Positions 31,481-44,540 of a DNA stretch of 64,000 nucleotides are shown one piece after another. Under the pieces are notes generated by a model. That model was given only the letters and a program-made list of their open reading frames with translations, did no database searches and was not told where the DNA came from. The first letter of the stretch is position 1. Every line of letters begins with the position of its first letter. A program made the position numbers and the translations under genes. Source of the DNA: Gekko japonicus (Eukaryota); NCBI RefSeq assembly GCF_001447785.1, contig NW_015164189.1:191391-255390 (forward strand), read 5' to 3'.

Positions 31481-34400
31481 TGCAGGGTGATGCACCTGCT
31501 GAGATCACAAAGTTGTGTGTGTGTGGGGGGGGAACACATGCAGAATGTTGTACTGAGTGCAGTACATGGCTTTCAGAGAAGCTCATTCCAGTCTCTCTTT
31601 TCAAAGGCAAGTTTCTAGCCTGTATGGCTGCAAAGATATGCTTTATGGAGTGTGCATGAACAACATTTGGCTCTCTGCATAGCTCCTCTCCACACGAAAT
31701 ACAGTGCCATAATACATTTTGCAAAATGGAAAATGCTTATCAATACAAAATTATGGAACCATGCAAATCCATTCACTTTGCATAAGGCATACAGGTTGCA
31801 GCTTTTCTTGCTTGACACACAGCCTTTTAGGCACAGAGTATCTGCAGGTCTGTTCATCTGGGTCTGCCCGATTCCTTCCTGCTCAAGGATACACTGGAAT
31901 GTCAGTGTTCCCTGCGTGAGCCAGAGAGCTGAGCTGATGAAATACGACAACGAAATCCAGCAAGGACATAAAAGGTAGCCCATTTACATAAAGGAAAGTG
32001 CCAGATATGCAGGCAAGAGGATGGAGGGACAATAAAGTCACTTGTGGCGCAAACAGCCCCATGAATGAGATCCACCTCTTTTGGGTAGACAGTTAAGGTG
32101 CAAAATCATGCACAGCCAAAATAACCAGGCTTCATTAATAGCAGTTCTTGGACTAAGCTAGTCAGCATAAAGAGGACCTTAACAGCTTCGGGGATGTGAA
32201 GCAGGCTGCACAGTCTAAACAGGTCTATCACAGAGGGACAGGGTTAAGAGAGAAAGACTGGCTAGTAGCCACAATGAAACAGGAAACAATGAGCTGCAGA
32301 GCTTAGTGTAAGGAATGTCATGGAGACTCAGACCTCAAAGGGCATTATTTGCACCACAGAGCTTGAACCGTGTCATTCCCTCTCGGCAGGAACTGTTGAT
32401 GGTTCAGCAACCTTCTCAAACTACAATATCCAAGATCCTTTGGGAGACAACCAACCTAAATCTGTATCATAGGTGATATGCCTATTTTAGACCAAAATGT
32501 CACCAGGTGGGGGAAACAGAAAGAAAGCAACAACAGAAAGAGATAGACTACTGGAGAGAAGAAAAGTCCAGGTGGACAGCTAGATAAATGCCTATGATGA
32601 GAATGTGCCTGGGTGCGGGCACACTTACTCTGATAGCAGCTGCTTAAATACGAACCATTCCTATTTGCGTGTACCAATGCCAATTTGTTTGGCTAGTAGA
32701 ATACCCATTTAATCCTTTGAAGCCACAACATTTGGTATTTATACACACACGTCTTGGAAACATTACTGACATTTCCATAGCTGTGTACTCCCCCCCCCCC
32801 CCCCCCCCCCCCGCCACACTCTGCTTTTAGAGGAAATGCATGATCAATTTTCAACCACCCCTCCTCCCAACACTGATCAGATATGAAAATAATGTATGCA
32901 AAAAATTACAGCCTTTCCCAAACTCATCTGAACAAACACCACTGCACATCAACAGATAAACAGAGAGTTGCAGAGGTTAATTGACTCTTCCTGGCTGACA
33001 GAGAGGATGCCAAATCCAATCTAGAATCCTTTGGTGGAAACACAGCGGTTCCCAGTTCTGCCAGTGTCATGCGCCACCCCACTATTTGCTTGCACACAAA
33101 GGCAATCTGCTCCCTCTCCTGTATTGGGTACCACATTCACATGGTTAAGGCAGCTCACGGGTTTAGCTTCTCACAGTTCAGCTCCAATGTATGTAGAATG
33201 TATGCAGAATGTTCTTCTATCTTTAAAAACAAATGTTTGATCTTGGAGGATCTACAGATAAAGCAGATGTTCCTGGCAGCAGTTTGCACAAATATGGCAG
33301 TTGAAAATGTCTTGAGTAGGCCGCAAAACAAGAACATAAGAGGGAGGAACAGAATAAGACAACCCCCACCCTTGTGGATATATACCTAACTCTACCGATG
33401 ACATGTCTGTCAGTGAGACTGTTACAAGAGTTGGAGGCAGCCTCTTCAAAAGTGTTTGTATCTATCACAACGGGAAAGACTGCAGTTTCACAATGAGCGG
33501 GCTTGGCAAAGAATTATGGGAAACTGCCAAAGAAAGCTCTGGAATACCTCCCCTTCCCAAGTAAGGAATACATAGACATATATAAAATGCACACAACGCA
33601 CATGTGTGAATGCAGAAAACACTTATTTGCTTAATATATAACCCCGCCTTTCTTCCCAAGCACATTCTCCTTGGCTCCATTTTATCCTCACAACAACCCT
33701 GTAAGGCAGGGAGAGGCAGATTAAGCTGAGTGTATGAGACTGGCCCCAGGTTATTCACCGATTTTCTATGGCAGAGTTGTGGGGCCTAACCTGGAACTCC
33801 CAGATCCTAGTCTGACATTCTTAACAACTACACTATACTGGCTCACTTGCTTCTGGACAACCACCATACAAGTACCTTGTGTGTTTATGTTATGTTATGT
33901 CTACAGATGCCAGCTTTTCTTACTAAGTCTTTAGTTTCATATTGGTGAGCTTTCTTTAGCAGGGCAATTTGTTCAAGCCCACTTCATGTGGTATGTTGTC
34001 TTTATGATCTTTTAATAAAACCCGTGGGAATGCCTCCCTGTAAAACTCCCATAAAGCTGGGATTGACACATTCACCGTGCAGTCAGAGGCCAAATACTTG
34101 GTTTCTGCTGCAAACCAAGACTCCAACCCACTTGCACTCCATCCTGCCCATCCTACTGCAATGCAAATAATAGCAACAGGCCCAGAGCCTGCTGCTGAGG
34201 TACCTGCTTGCCCCCCAACTGAAAAAGCTTCCATCTGACAAGTCACTGGGATCAAGAACAATGCCACCAAACAGACTCCCAGAGCAGGGACTTGCCCTGG
34301 CTTTAGGATCAAGGAAATAAATGGCCAAAAAGCATCTGAAGATTACTGTCAGAAAATGACCACCAACATAGGGCAAGCAGCCGCTTCCCTTGACCAATGT

Positions 34401-34901
34401 CTTTATCAGTTACCACAGAGAAAGATGGTCGAATTTGTGCATACTGCAGTAAACTGCACACAAGAGTACAACACTTAGTCTTGTCCCTACCCTCCACAAG
34501 CATTGTGACATGAGAAACCATTGATTTACTATGGCACGAACGTTCATGGACAATGGATTGGGTCCACAGGAGTCAACCGACTGGCAGGACTCACCTGGGA
34601 ACCCTAGCCTGCATTCAATATTTATTTGTACCTCACCTTTCTCCCCAATGGAGATCCAAAATGATGTACCTCATGCTCCTTGCCTCCATTTTATCTTCAT
34701 GACAACAACCCTGTGAGGTACATGAGACGGAGCGTGACTAGTGCAAGATCAACCAGTAAGCTTCCATGGCAGAGTAGGGATTTGAACTTGAATCTCCCAG
34801 ATCCTGGTCTAACACTTTGACCAGTATCCCACTGGAGTTACTCTTTCTGCAGTTACATAACAAAGCAGGCAAGGGAATTCAGCACTCATTAATTATGGGA
34901 T

Positions 34902-35246
34902 AAAGGTAAAGGTAAAGGTTCCCTTGCTCGAAAGCCAGTCAAACCCGACTCTAGGGTTGCGGTGCTCATCTCCGTTTTAAAGCCGAAGAGCCAGCGCTGT
35001 CCGAAGACGTTTCCGTGGTCATGTGGCCGGCATGACTAAACACCAAGGCGCACGGAACACTGTTACCTTCCCACCGAAGGGGTACCTATTTATCTACTTG
35101 CAATTTCTTGCTTTCGAACTGCTAGGTTGGCAGGAGCTGGAACTAGAGACGGGAGCTCACTCCGTCTTGCAGCACCCGGGTCTCGAACTGCTGAACTACT
35201 GACCTTCCACAGCCTGCAGTTCAGCGTCTTAACCACTTGAGCCATA
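34902..35246 (-). mobile_element. Sauria SINE
   Basis: (AAAGGT)n tail, gtggtcatgtggccggcatgac core, tRNA-like head. Confidence 0.92.
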
Positions 35247-37667
35247 GCATTACACAAAAAGGTCTTTAAGATAAATGTTAAAATACCACCTGACCAAGGG
35301 TTGTTCCAGCTCTGGAACATCAAGAAAGTTCTATTTAAAATACCCTTGGCTTGAGTGAGAGAGACAGAGGTATTGACTTGGCAAATTTTTATGCCACCAT
35401 TCATCCAATGAGCTCAGGGTAGTTAACATGGTTCCCCCTCCATTTTATTCTTACAACAACCCTTTAAGGTGGCATGGGCAACAAAAAAGTGAGCAGCCCA
35501 AGGTAATGCTCTCAGTTTCATGGCAAATGGGGATCTGAATTTGGTCTCCCCGGTCCTAGTCTGTTATTCTAACCACTATACCATAATGGCTCTGTTAGGG
35601 TTGCTCACCAATTAAAGAAGATTTAGTTGATTGTTAGAAGACAGAGAATCAAATTAGATTAAAATTGCTCTGCAGATTTAAAAAGCTCAACATAAGCTCA
35701 TATTTTGAGATACTGAATACATTTCAAACTTAATAAACAAAGACTGTTAGAAAAACCAACTGATTTTGCCCTCATTCCCACTTACCAGCATGTCAAAACA
35801 AAGGCAGTTTTGAAACAAAATCCCTAATTTACTGCCTTTGCCATTAAAACTTCCTTTTAAAAACTGAATGGATAAACCTTTAGATGCTGTACTCTACCAA
35901 TTTAAGGTTGGTACTCTCATGAAAGAGCTCTAGAACCTTCCCCAATTAACATGCTGGGTCCAAGCTAGGTTTGAACTATTTATGACAAAAAATGAAACAG
36001 CAGCCTAGTTTTCTCCTCCTGAGCCCAATAAGTTGAAAAATGACAGGTAGGGTGGCAGTTGGGTACCTACCTCACTGTATATGAGTGAAAAGGAGAATTC
36101 ACTTCAAGGAACTACTTCGCTTTCAGTCTTAACACATTATTGGTGAAATACATGTATTTCAGTTCTGCCAACACAGAATTTACCACATATCAAGCAAAGA
36201 GTTGTCAAAATGCTCCAGTGGTTGTCACTCTATGCCCCTGAATTCTATTATCACACAACCATTTTGAGGGGAAAATCCTGTCAAGAGTTGCCAGCTTGGG
36301 CTTCATAATTACCTCTCAACCTGGAAGCTGCAGAAGGGTTCAGGGCCTGCTTTCCTGTCAGACAGGTTGAGGCGGCATATTTTGGAACGCTATTAAAGAC
36401 GTCCAATTTGGCAATTATTTTGCCACATTATTGTATCACCACCCCTGGGGAGTAGGAGGAAGGCAGCATTTAGGTTTTCTGCCTGAAGCGGCAAAATGTC
36501 TTCAGCAGTCTCTGGGCACAATATTTCCCCCCAAGGTTTGGAGAGCTCCCACCTCAGCACATAAGATGCCAGGGAAGTCGTAAAAAATCATGCTGGTGCA
36601 AAGAAACCACAACACTCAGACTTTGTCATGCCATTACCACATCAAAAAGTCATTTTGTGAAATCAGCCTGGCATTTTCCCTCCTGAATGTCTCTATCAAG
36701 GGTTCATATTTTAGCTAAAGCAGTTCTAAACTTTGGTAAGATATGTTTATTGCAGAGAAAGGTGCTGTTTTGAGGGGCACACATTTCCCTCAGAAGAACA
36801 GTGCTGCTCTATGAAAAAGGTTAAAAAAATACTGTAGAGTGACCAGTCCACTTTTCTTGGAAAGCCATCTGTCAAGAAGGGGAAGGATTGCACTGCAATG
36901 GGCTTTGAATGCACTGCCTCCTACCATGTGCAGAAGGTGAATGTTGCTGCCCCATTTTCCACATGCTTCCTAAACACCACCAAAACAAGAACGCTTTTTG
37001 TTGGGGGCAAGCTTTTTTTTTGGGGGGGGGGACTCCCTGTTGCAATGCCACTTAAATGCCAGCACCCTTCCTAAAGAAGATGGTGGAACCTATTTGAGCC
37101 GGAGCTCACAAGTTGCAGCTACCCATAACAAAGAGTCAACCCAACTTCTGGACAAACCCACAAGCACAAGAATAGCAGTTTGTTGGCAGACACACATGTC
37201 ACCTGGGCAACTAGGAGAGAGCATGCTGTCACTCAGAAACGGGGCAAAACACTCTATTATTTTTGTAGCTTCATCACTTCTCTTTCCATCCAAGATGAAA
37301 CAAAGAGGCACAGCCCCAAAATCCATACACTTCCGCAAAATTATCACATCCCTAACAGTGACAAAGCTGCAAGACCTAAGCAAAAAGATACACACGCAGA
37401 GCAGGCATGAAAAAAGACCTTGTATTCAAGGCCTCTCTCTACTATGGAAGAATCCCACAAGGCCAGATTCAAAGGCAGCTACATAAGGTCTAACCAGCAG
37501 TTTTCAAACTTTGTTATGGAAGTCCAGCTTGAGGAAAAAATGGCTTGAGCCAGTTAGCTTACAAACTGTAAGGAAAATGGCAGCCCAAAAGGTAGAAATG
37601 TAGACCATAGAAGGTTGAAATCTGGCCCCAGTAAGATGCTGCCATTTTAAACGAAGGGTAAGGACAG

Positions 37668-38016
37668 GAGCTGCAGTGGCTCAAGTGGTTAAGACGCTGA
37701 ACTGCAGGCTGTAGAAAGTCAGTAGTTCAGCAGTTCGAGACCCAGGTGCCGCAAGACGGAGTGAGCTCCCGTCTCTAGTTCCAGCTCCTGCCAACCTAGC
37801 AGTTCAAAAGCAAGAAATTGCAAGTAGATAAATAGGTACCACTTCAGTGGGAAGGTAACAGCGTTCCGTGCGCCTTGATGTTTAGTCATGCCGGCCACAT
37901 GACCATGGAAAAGTCTTCGGACAGCGCTGGCTCTTCGGCTTTGAAACGCAGATGAGCACCGCAACCCTAGAGTCGGATTCGACTGGCTTTCGAGCAAGGG
38001 AACCTTTACCTTTACC
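37668..38016 (+). mobile_element. Sauria SINE, full length with TSD
   Basis: tRNA-like head, (ACCTTT)n tail, TSD TAAGGACAG at 37659-37667 and 38017-38025. Confidence 0.95.
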
Positions 38017-39080
38017 TAAGGACAGTGCAGCATCACTTTCCAGAAAACGTCATGCTAGTGGAACTTAAAAGGGTTAACCTTTTAACAGTGGATTAAAAAA
38101 TAGGTGGTTATGTGCACTCTGTTATTCCTCCCCTCCCCTCCAACATTAACCTTTTTCTCAACTGAGTTAGTGTGAAAGCCAGCTGTAAAGAAGTGCCATT
38201 GCATCCCCAAACAAGGTGCTTGCTGATGCCACTCTTAAAGCAGTGGTATCAAGAACAGCAGCCACTCCTGACCCCCACTAACTCTGTGCAAAGGTAGCAC
38301 CAGGGAGGGGAGGCAGGTAGGAAGCACGAATGGGACCTTTACCATCCTTGGGACTGGCTAATCTACTGATCAGCTTCAGTACTGGAAGTACACATTGAAT
38401 ACTGTATATTTAAATATGGCAGAAACAGTCTTAGTTCTTCTAAAGTTCCCAGTGCAGTATACAGATGTGTTAAATTAAAAACAAATTAAACCCACACCAA
38501 CAGTGACCACAATTAAGACATGGCTGAACCCACAAGACGATCTCTCACACACATACTCACTCATACACAAACACAGTCCTCAAAGTTTGCCTTTAGTCTG
38601 TACCGGTGCTGGCGGCAGCAGCAAAGCCAACTGGCACAAGGTAAACAGCCATCACAGTTTCAGTTCCCCTTCCCACTCTTTGCCAGCTGAGCACTTCCTA
38701 TCTCCTGTGTGGGGGATGCACACCATTCGGCTCTTTGAAATGGGAACAGGGCTACACAGCATGCAAGGCTAGCTTCCCTTCCTTTACATGTCGCCAACCA
38801 GTCCAACTTTGCACTCAGGATTGGAAATCCCCTTGACAAGTCAGAGGACGATTTCCCCACCTCCCACTCTCCTGGAATGTGCAGAGAGGCTCTTTTTGAG
38901 GTGCAGACAGGCGGGAGCTGGCCCACGAGGCTGGGCCACTGTGAAAGCTGATTCCAGCTGAAGGAGATGGGGAGAGGCTTAAGAAGAGGAGAAGAATTCA
39001 GCAGTGATCTCATCTGAGGCAGAAGTTCAAACGGCAGCTGTACATTTGGCACAAGTGAAGATGAAGGATACAGGTATAAA

Positions 39081-39341
39081 GAAGAAGAAAAGAGATTGGA
39101 TTTACACCCTGCCCTTCTTCCAAAGGAGTCTCAGAGCGGCTTACAAACTCCTTCCCCTCCCCACAACAGACACCCTGTGAGGTAGGTGGGGCTGAGAGAG
39201 CTCTGACGGAAACTGCTCTTTTTCAAGAACAGCTCTGACAGAACTATGGCTTGCCCAAGGTCATCCAGCAGGTGCAAGTGGAGGAATCAAACCCAGTTCT
39301 CCCAGATTAGAGTACGCACACTTAACCACTACACCAAACTG
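39081..39341 (-). mobile_element. Squam3-like SINE
   Basis: Reverse complement of the 15376 family. Confidence 0.85.
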
Positions 39342-42300
39342 CACACACAGTCCCTTAAGATCCTCACCTCATGTAAACAGATGGGGGGGGGGGAAGGAAC
39401 AGGGAAACACTGCAAAGGGAAAAGTTGGGAAGCTGTTTCTGATTGACATCCCCAGGTGATGAAGCCCAGCTGGAATGCTGGCCTATTGCCCAGACACAGT
39501 GTCTTGGCATGCCCAGGCAGAGTTTATTTAGATTTCGGAGCTAACACATACACAGAGCCCTTGGCAATGCTGACCTTTCCCTGGCCTCTGTGGATGGGCT
39601 AAGCAACAGTGTAGTGCTCAAAAGTGGGGAAGGAGATCTGCTTTATGGTCTGCTTATTTTATTTACTTCATTCATTTCTACCCAATAGGGTCCCAAAGCA
39701 GCTTACATCGTTCTCTTCTCCATGTTACTGAGTCAAGGAAGTTCTAGCTTTACACATTGACTGTTTGTTGGCTGGGAAAAAACAGGGTTTCACTTTGAAC
39801 CTGGAACCTATAAACAAACCATCATTTTTTCCCTTACAAGTCTAAGGGCCATGCCCTGCAAAGATTGAATGTTTTAAGGAAGCATTCAGTTGCCAAGCTG
39901 CACTGGGCTTTAGTGGTTAACAGACTGCTTTAATTCAGCCAAAGAGGTTTCCGTCTCCAAGAGATTGCGTAAAGCAATGGCCCCTCACAGGGGGTGTGCC
40001 TTGAGTATGCCCACGTGTCAAAAAGGTGGAAGATAAGTCTTTTATTTAATTAATAAAACTTTTGCTTGCTTAGATACTGATATCCTTCTTTTCTCTCCAG
40101 TGGGTACTTGAATCAGCTTACATTATTCCCTCTTCCCCCATTATACCATCCGAATACCTGTAAGAGAGAGACTGACTGTCTTAAGACTGCCCAGTCAGCT
40201 TCCATGGCAGCGTGGGGATTCAAACCTGGTTCTTTGAGATTCTGGACCAACACTCTAACCATTACACCATGCTGGCTCTGCTCCCTCCACCTCGTGAATG
40301 GTTCAGAGGATTTCTCTCCTTTTTTCCTAGGGTGTTGAAAACTGTCATTGCCAGAACACCATGTAGCATGGATAAATCTGTGCTTTGGCAAGATTCAGTG
40401 GATGGGTTTTATTCATGTTTAGAGACATGCTGATCATACAGTCTGAAGCCAGCTCCATAAAGCAGAGAGGGGTTAAAGTCTTAGGGTCATCTTCCAGACT
40501 TGGAAACGGTCACAGACCAGATCTTGATAATTAACACTGGATCACAGATCATTGCCCAACACGCTGCTAACATCCGCTTGTCAGGAGTAAGTCTCATTAA
40601 AGGCAACTGGAGAGTAATTAAATGGTATTACTGTCTCTGACAACTGGACCGCTGCTACCTTCGCAGGTGTTTAATTCACTCTTGTCCCTGACTCACCCAT
40701 ACCCCCAATTGCCGTAACACAAACCCTGTGCCCTTTCACCACCACCCCCTCTACCTGACACCTATTCCCTCATGGTGATACTAAATTTGACTGGGGGCCT
40801 TTTGGGGTCAGGGATCCATGACCACAGACCCTCGCTTAATACCATCTCTCTAATCCTGATCTTGTTCCAGTCCAAAGTCAACTCATTAGGGAAAAAGATG
40901 ATCCAGGAAATTATAGACTTGTCTCTTTTTATAGCGAGGAAATCACTAAGCACACCAAAGACAAGTAATTTGCAAGCACAGAGGGATTTCGGCAATGAAC
41001 ATGGTTTTATAATAGGCTAATCATGCCGGTTTGCTCTTTGAAAAAGTAACTGGATAAGCCAACAAGGCGGGGAGGGGGGCACCCCAGCCAATGTAAGACA
41101 CCTAAGCAGACCCATCCCCCCCCCAACAAAGACTTTCTTCTAAGAGGATTAGTTTGGGTTTTGTTGTGTGATTTTTATAGACTCAATATGTGTGGGGGCG
41201 GGGGGGGGGGGGGCAAAAAGAAAGAGAAGAGAAGCAACAGCTAATTTACCAAAAGAATACATTACAAAGTACGGGGCTGGGAATCACATTTAATCAATAA
41301 ATTGAGTTTCAAGACAAATTAAGGCTCAATTTCCTGGATCCTTGACTCCATGGTCCTTATATTGGATTGTGAAATGTTGAGATGTGCAGATACAAACCAG
41401 ACTTTGCCCATTAAGAAAATATTGCATAGGTCACACAAAACAAACAAACAAAAAAAACCTTGACACTGTTTATTCTCACAGTCATCTCTGCTGCAGTTCC
41501 AAAAGGCAGCTGCCTCTTTTGCCAAACAAAGAAGCCCCCAAACACTCTGAGAGCCCATGTGATGCAGTGGTTAGCGTGCTGGACTACAATCTGGGAGATC
41601 CCGGTTCGAATCTTCAATTTGGGGACTTGTTGGGTGACCTTGGGTCAGTCACACACTCTCAGCCTGACCTCACATGCTAGTTGCACAGATAAAATAGAGG
41701 AGAAGAGAACAATTGAAGTTGCTTTGGATAACCCCTGGGGAGAAAGGCAGGGTATAAGTAAAGCAAATAAATAATAATGTCCTCCTCCTCTTCCTCCTTA
41801 AAGTGCAATTGAGTCTCTGTTGTCCACCCAGTCTTCTCCTGATTGGGCCAGTTCACACATTACCAAGCACAGTGGATGGGTTTGGAGTGCCCACCCACTG
41901 CAACTGTCCAATATGAGTTGCCAGTTCTCCTCAATTCTTCCACGTGTGCAGTGCTCAATCCAGATCAAGAAGAGATGACTTCAGCACCCCTACCCTCGGC
42001 CATTTTTCCCACCTGAAATGAGCAAGGGATACACTGCTTGGCTCCTGTGAAAACGCAAGGAACATGAGAATTTCCACAATGGGCCAAACCACGTTTCACT
42101 GGGACTGTTCCAGGTCAGAAAAGCAGTGGGTGGGAGGCTGAAGCCCCTTCCCCGTGTGTTCCACAGTCCCAATCTGAATTGGGCACCACACACATGGTAG
42201 AACTAAGGAGAACTTGCAACTGACGCCTCACCGTTACACAAGGCATAGACTTCAGACCCAACCCATGTACTCTGTAATGTGTGAACAAGACCCAGAGGTC

Positions 42301-44225
42301 TGTGGCCCCTGCATTCCAGGGGGGTGCAGACCCCATGCTTTTTTGCCCTGAACAGCAACAGAAGAAGCCAGCAAGACATCACAGTGTCTTTCTAAGGTGT
42401 CTGGAACTCCACACTGTGCTCTTTGCATCACCCAGGACAACAGATATCAGCCCAGGCTTCTTGAACTGGTTAGCTACAGAGGAGGGAGAGCAAGACAAGG
42501 AGTTTCAAGTTGGGGGAGCAAGAATGAGGACCAGGAGGAACAAGGCCTCTGCCACCTTGGTTTCTCAAACCAGCCTCAAGCGTTGTGAAGCCACCCAACA
42601 CCAATTATGCTGTGAGACAAGGCGCCACCACAGGAGCCCATCCACAGACCCTGCCTCTCATTTTTTACTACCACTCCCTGAGACACCCCCGTGTGCCCAC
42701 ATTTAGTTCCAAAATACATTTGGTAGGGAAGTCTAGCTGTTGCAAACACCTCAGCTACTCAGGGCCCAATACCCTTGAAAAAAAGGCTAGAACTGGGTCT
42801 TCCTCAGCTGTCCCATCCAAAAGCATTGTCTAAGAGCCTGTCTCCCAAGACACAAGAGAAGATCCAAATGATTGATGCTGGCATACAAAAATTTGCTGCT
42901 ATGGGCCCCCGGCAGGACTTGGACTATTTTACCTCAAAACTGAAAACTTTACCTTTGGAAAGAATCAAGTGGTGGTTGTTACCCAGACAGATGTATAAAC
43001 ACTTGTAGGAGCGGGGCTCTGTTTGGTAGCAGCTTTATTTTGCCGTCCAAAATGTAACTTCTCCAAAATGTAACCTCTGCAAAACCCTTTAGCATGCTTG
43101 CAGCAAAGGCTAATTACTGCCTCGAAACAAATGCAGTTTTGCAAGTATTTTTTTTAAAGCTTGCATTTTAAGCTAGGGATTAATGTATAAACTTATTTGC
43201 GGAATTTAAAAGAGCTTTTTTTTCAAATCAGGAAAGTTTGCCTGAGCCTAGGGAAGAAAGGCGTGGCTGCCATCTGAAGTAGGGTTTCACTTGAAAGTAC
43301 CCCATCCGTGCCATGCGAAAAACAAAGCCAGGGAAAAATTGGGCTCCTGCAGCAGGTGAAGGACTTACTGTGGGTTCTCTTTCAGTAAGATGACTGCCTT
43401 CACCCAAGGCGAAGGTTGTGGGTTTCTTGGGTATTTCTAAACAAGTTCACCACTGGAAATATTCTTTGTATAGCACTTCTGTCCCAGGCGAGGTAAACAA
43501 GTTCATAGCAACCAGCAGCCTGCTGCTTCTCCTGCAGACTGCCCACTTCCTTCCCACAGGAACTTGTTATAAGCAAGCACGTGGTTGCTGTTTCCTGAAG
43601 AACACACATGCTGAAAACACAGCCCCAAGAAGCAGCCCTGCCACTTGAAGGAATTCAGCTCCAGTTTCCCAGCTCTTTCCTCAAGACATGACTACTACCA
43701 AAGTAAAACAGCCACCAGGCGAGGAAGTACATGGCTACATCATTCACGCATCTGCCTTGCGAAGCCTGAGCTACCCTGGATGAGTATTAACGCCTAATGC
43801 CCTCTGCTCAGTGTGTCTTGCAGGGCCGCTCAGAAGAGGCTTGAGGTCAAAAGTGGGCCTCGCAGAAAGAGTAACTCCCGTGCCATTGGCCCAAACATCC
43901 AGAACCCAGGACCCAAGTCTCTCCAGTAATCCAAACCCTAGTCCCAGATCCCTAGACATCACCCAATAGTACATTTTGTCTGGGGGTTCTACAACAAGAG
44001 TACCTGGTTTATAAACTATGACAACTAGAAGTCCCCGAGAGTGGGGGGCCTCCCAGATAAACGGCCTAGATACATCGCACTCATGCCACGTGACCCAGTA
44101 TACCAGCTAGGCCTCCCATTTACCCACCCAGGGTGGGAAATTTCTCACTGCCTAGGAATTGAGGAGTGGAGGAAAACTGGACCCCACACAGTGGCCCTCT
44201 AAGAATTTCAGCATAGTCTGTATGG

Positions 44226-44540
44226 CAGGGGTCCCAAGGGTACCATGACATCCACCGGCACCTTTCTTGGTGCCTGCCCAGTGTTTTTAGAAAGTGGGTG
44301 TGGCTAGGTGAGATTGTGGCCACGAAGATTGGCCGTGGAGACTTTTTAAAAATGTTGCTGTGGCACCAGTAGTATAAGGATCCTCACTGTGTGACTGAAG
44401 GCAAGCTTCAGCAGACATTTTTATGGCAGGGTCCACCTTCTGTGGCAGCCATTTTTGACAGCCATTTCGTGGCTGTGCCCACCATGCTGTGTCAGAACTC
44501 CAAGGGTGCCCACTGGCTCCAAAAGGCTGGGGACACAGCT
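44226..44540 (-). mobile_element. hAT-like MITE
   Basis: Reverse homologue of 23119-23498. Confidence 0.6.

Noticed and set aside
32790-32812. Long C/G homopolymers (also ~22552-22569) as functional G-quadruplexes
   Set aside because: Such runs are frequent across the window, their length is error-prone, and nothing supports a specific role
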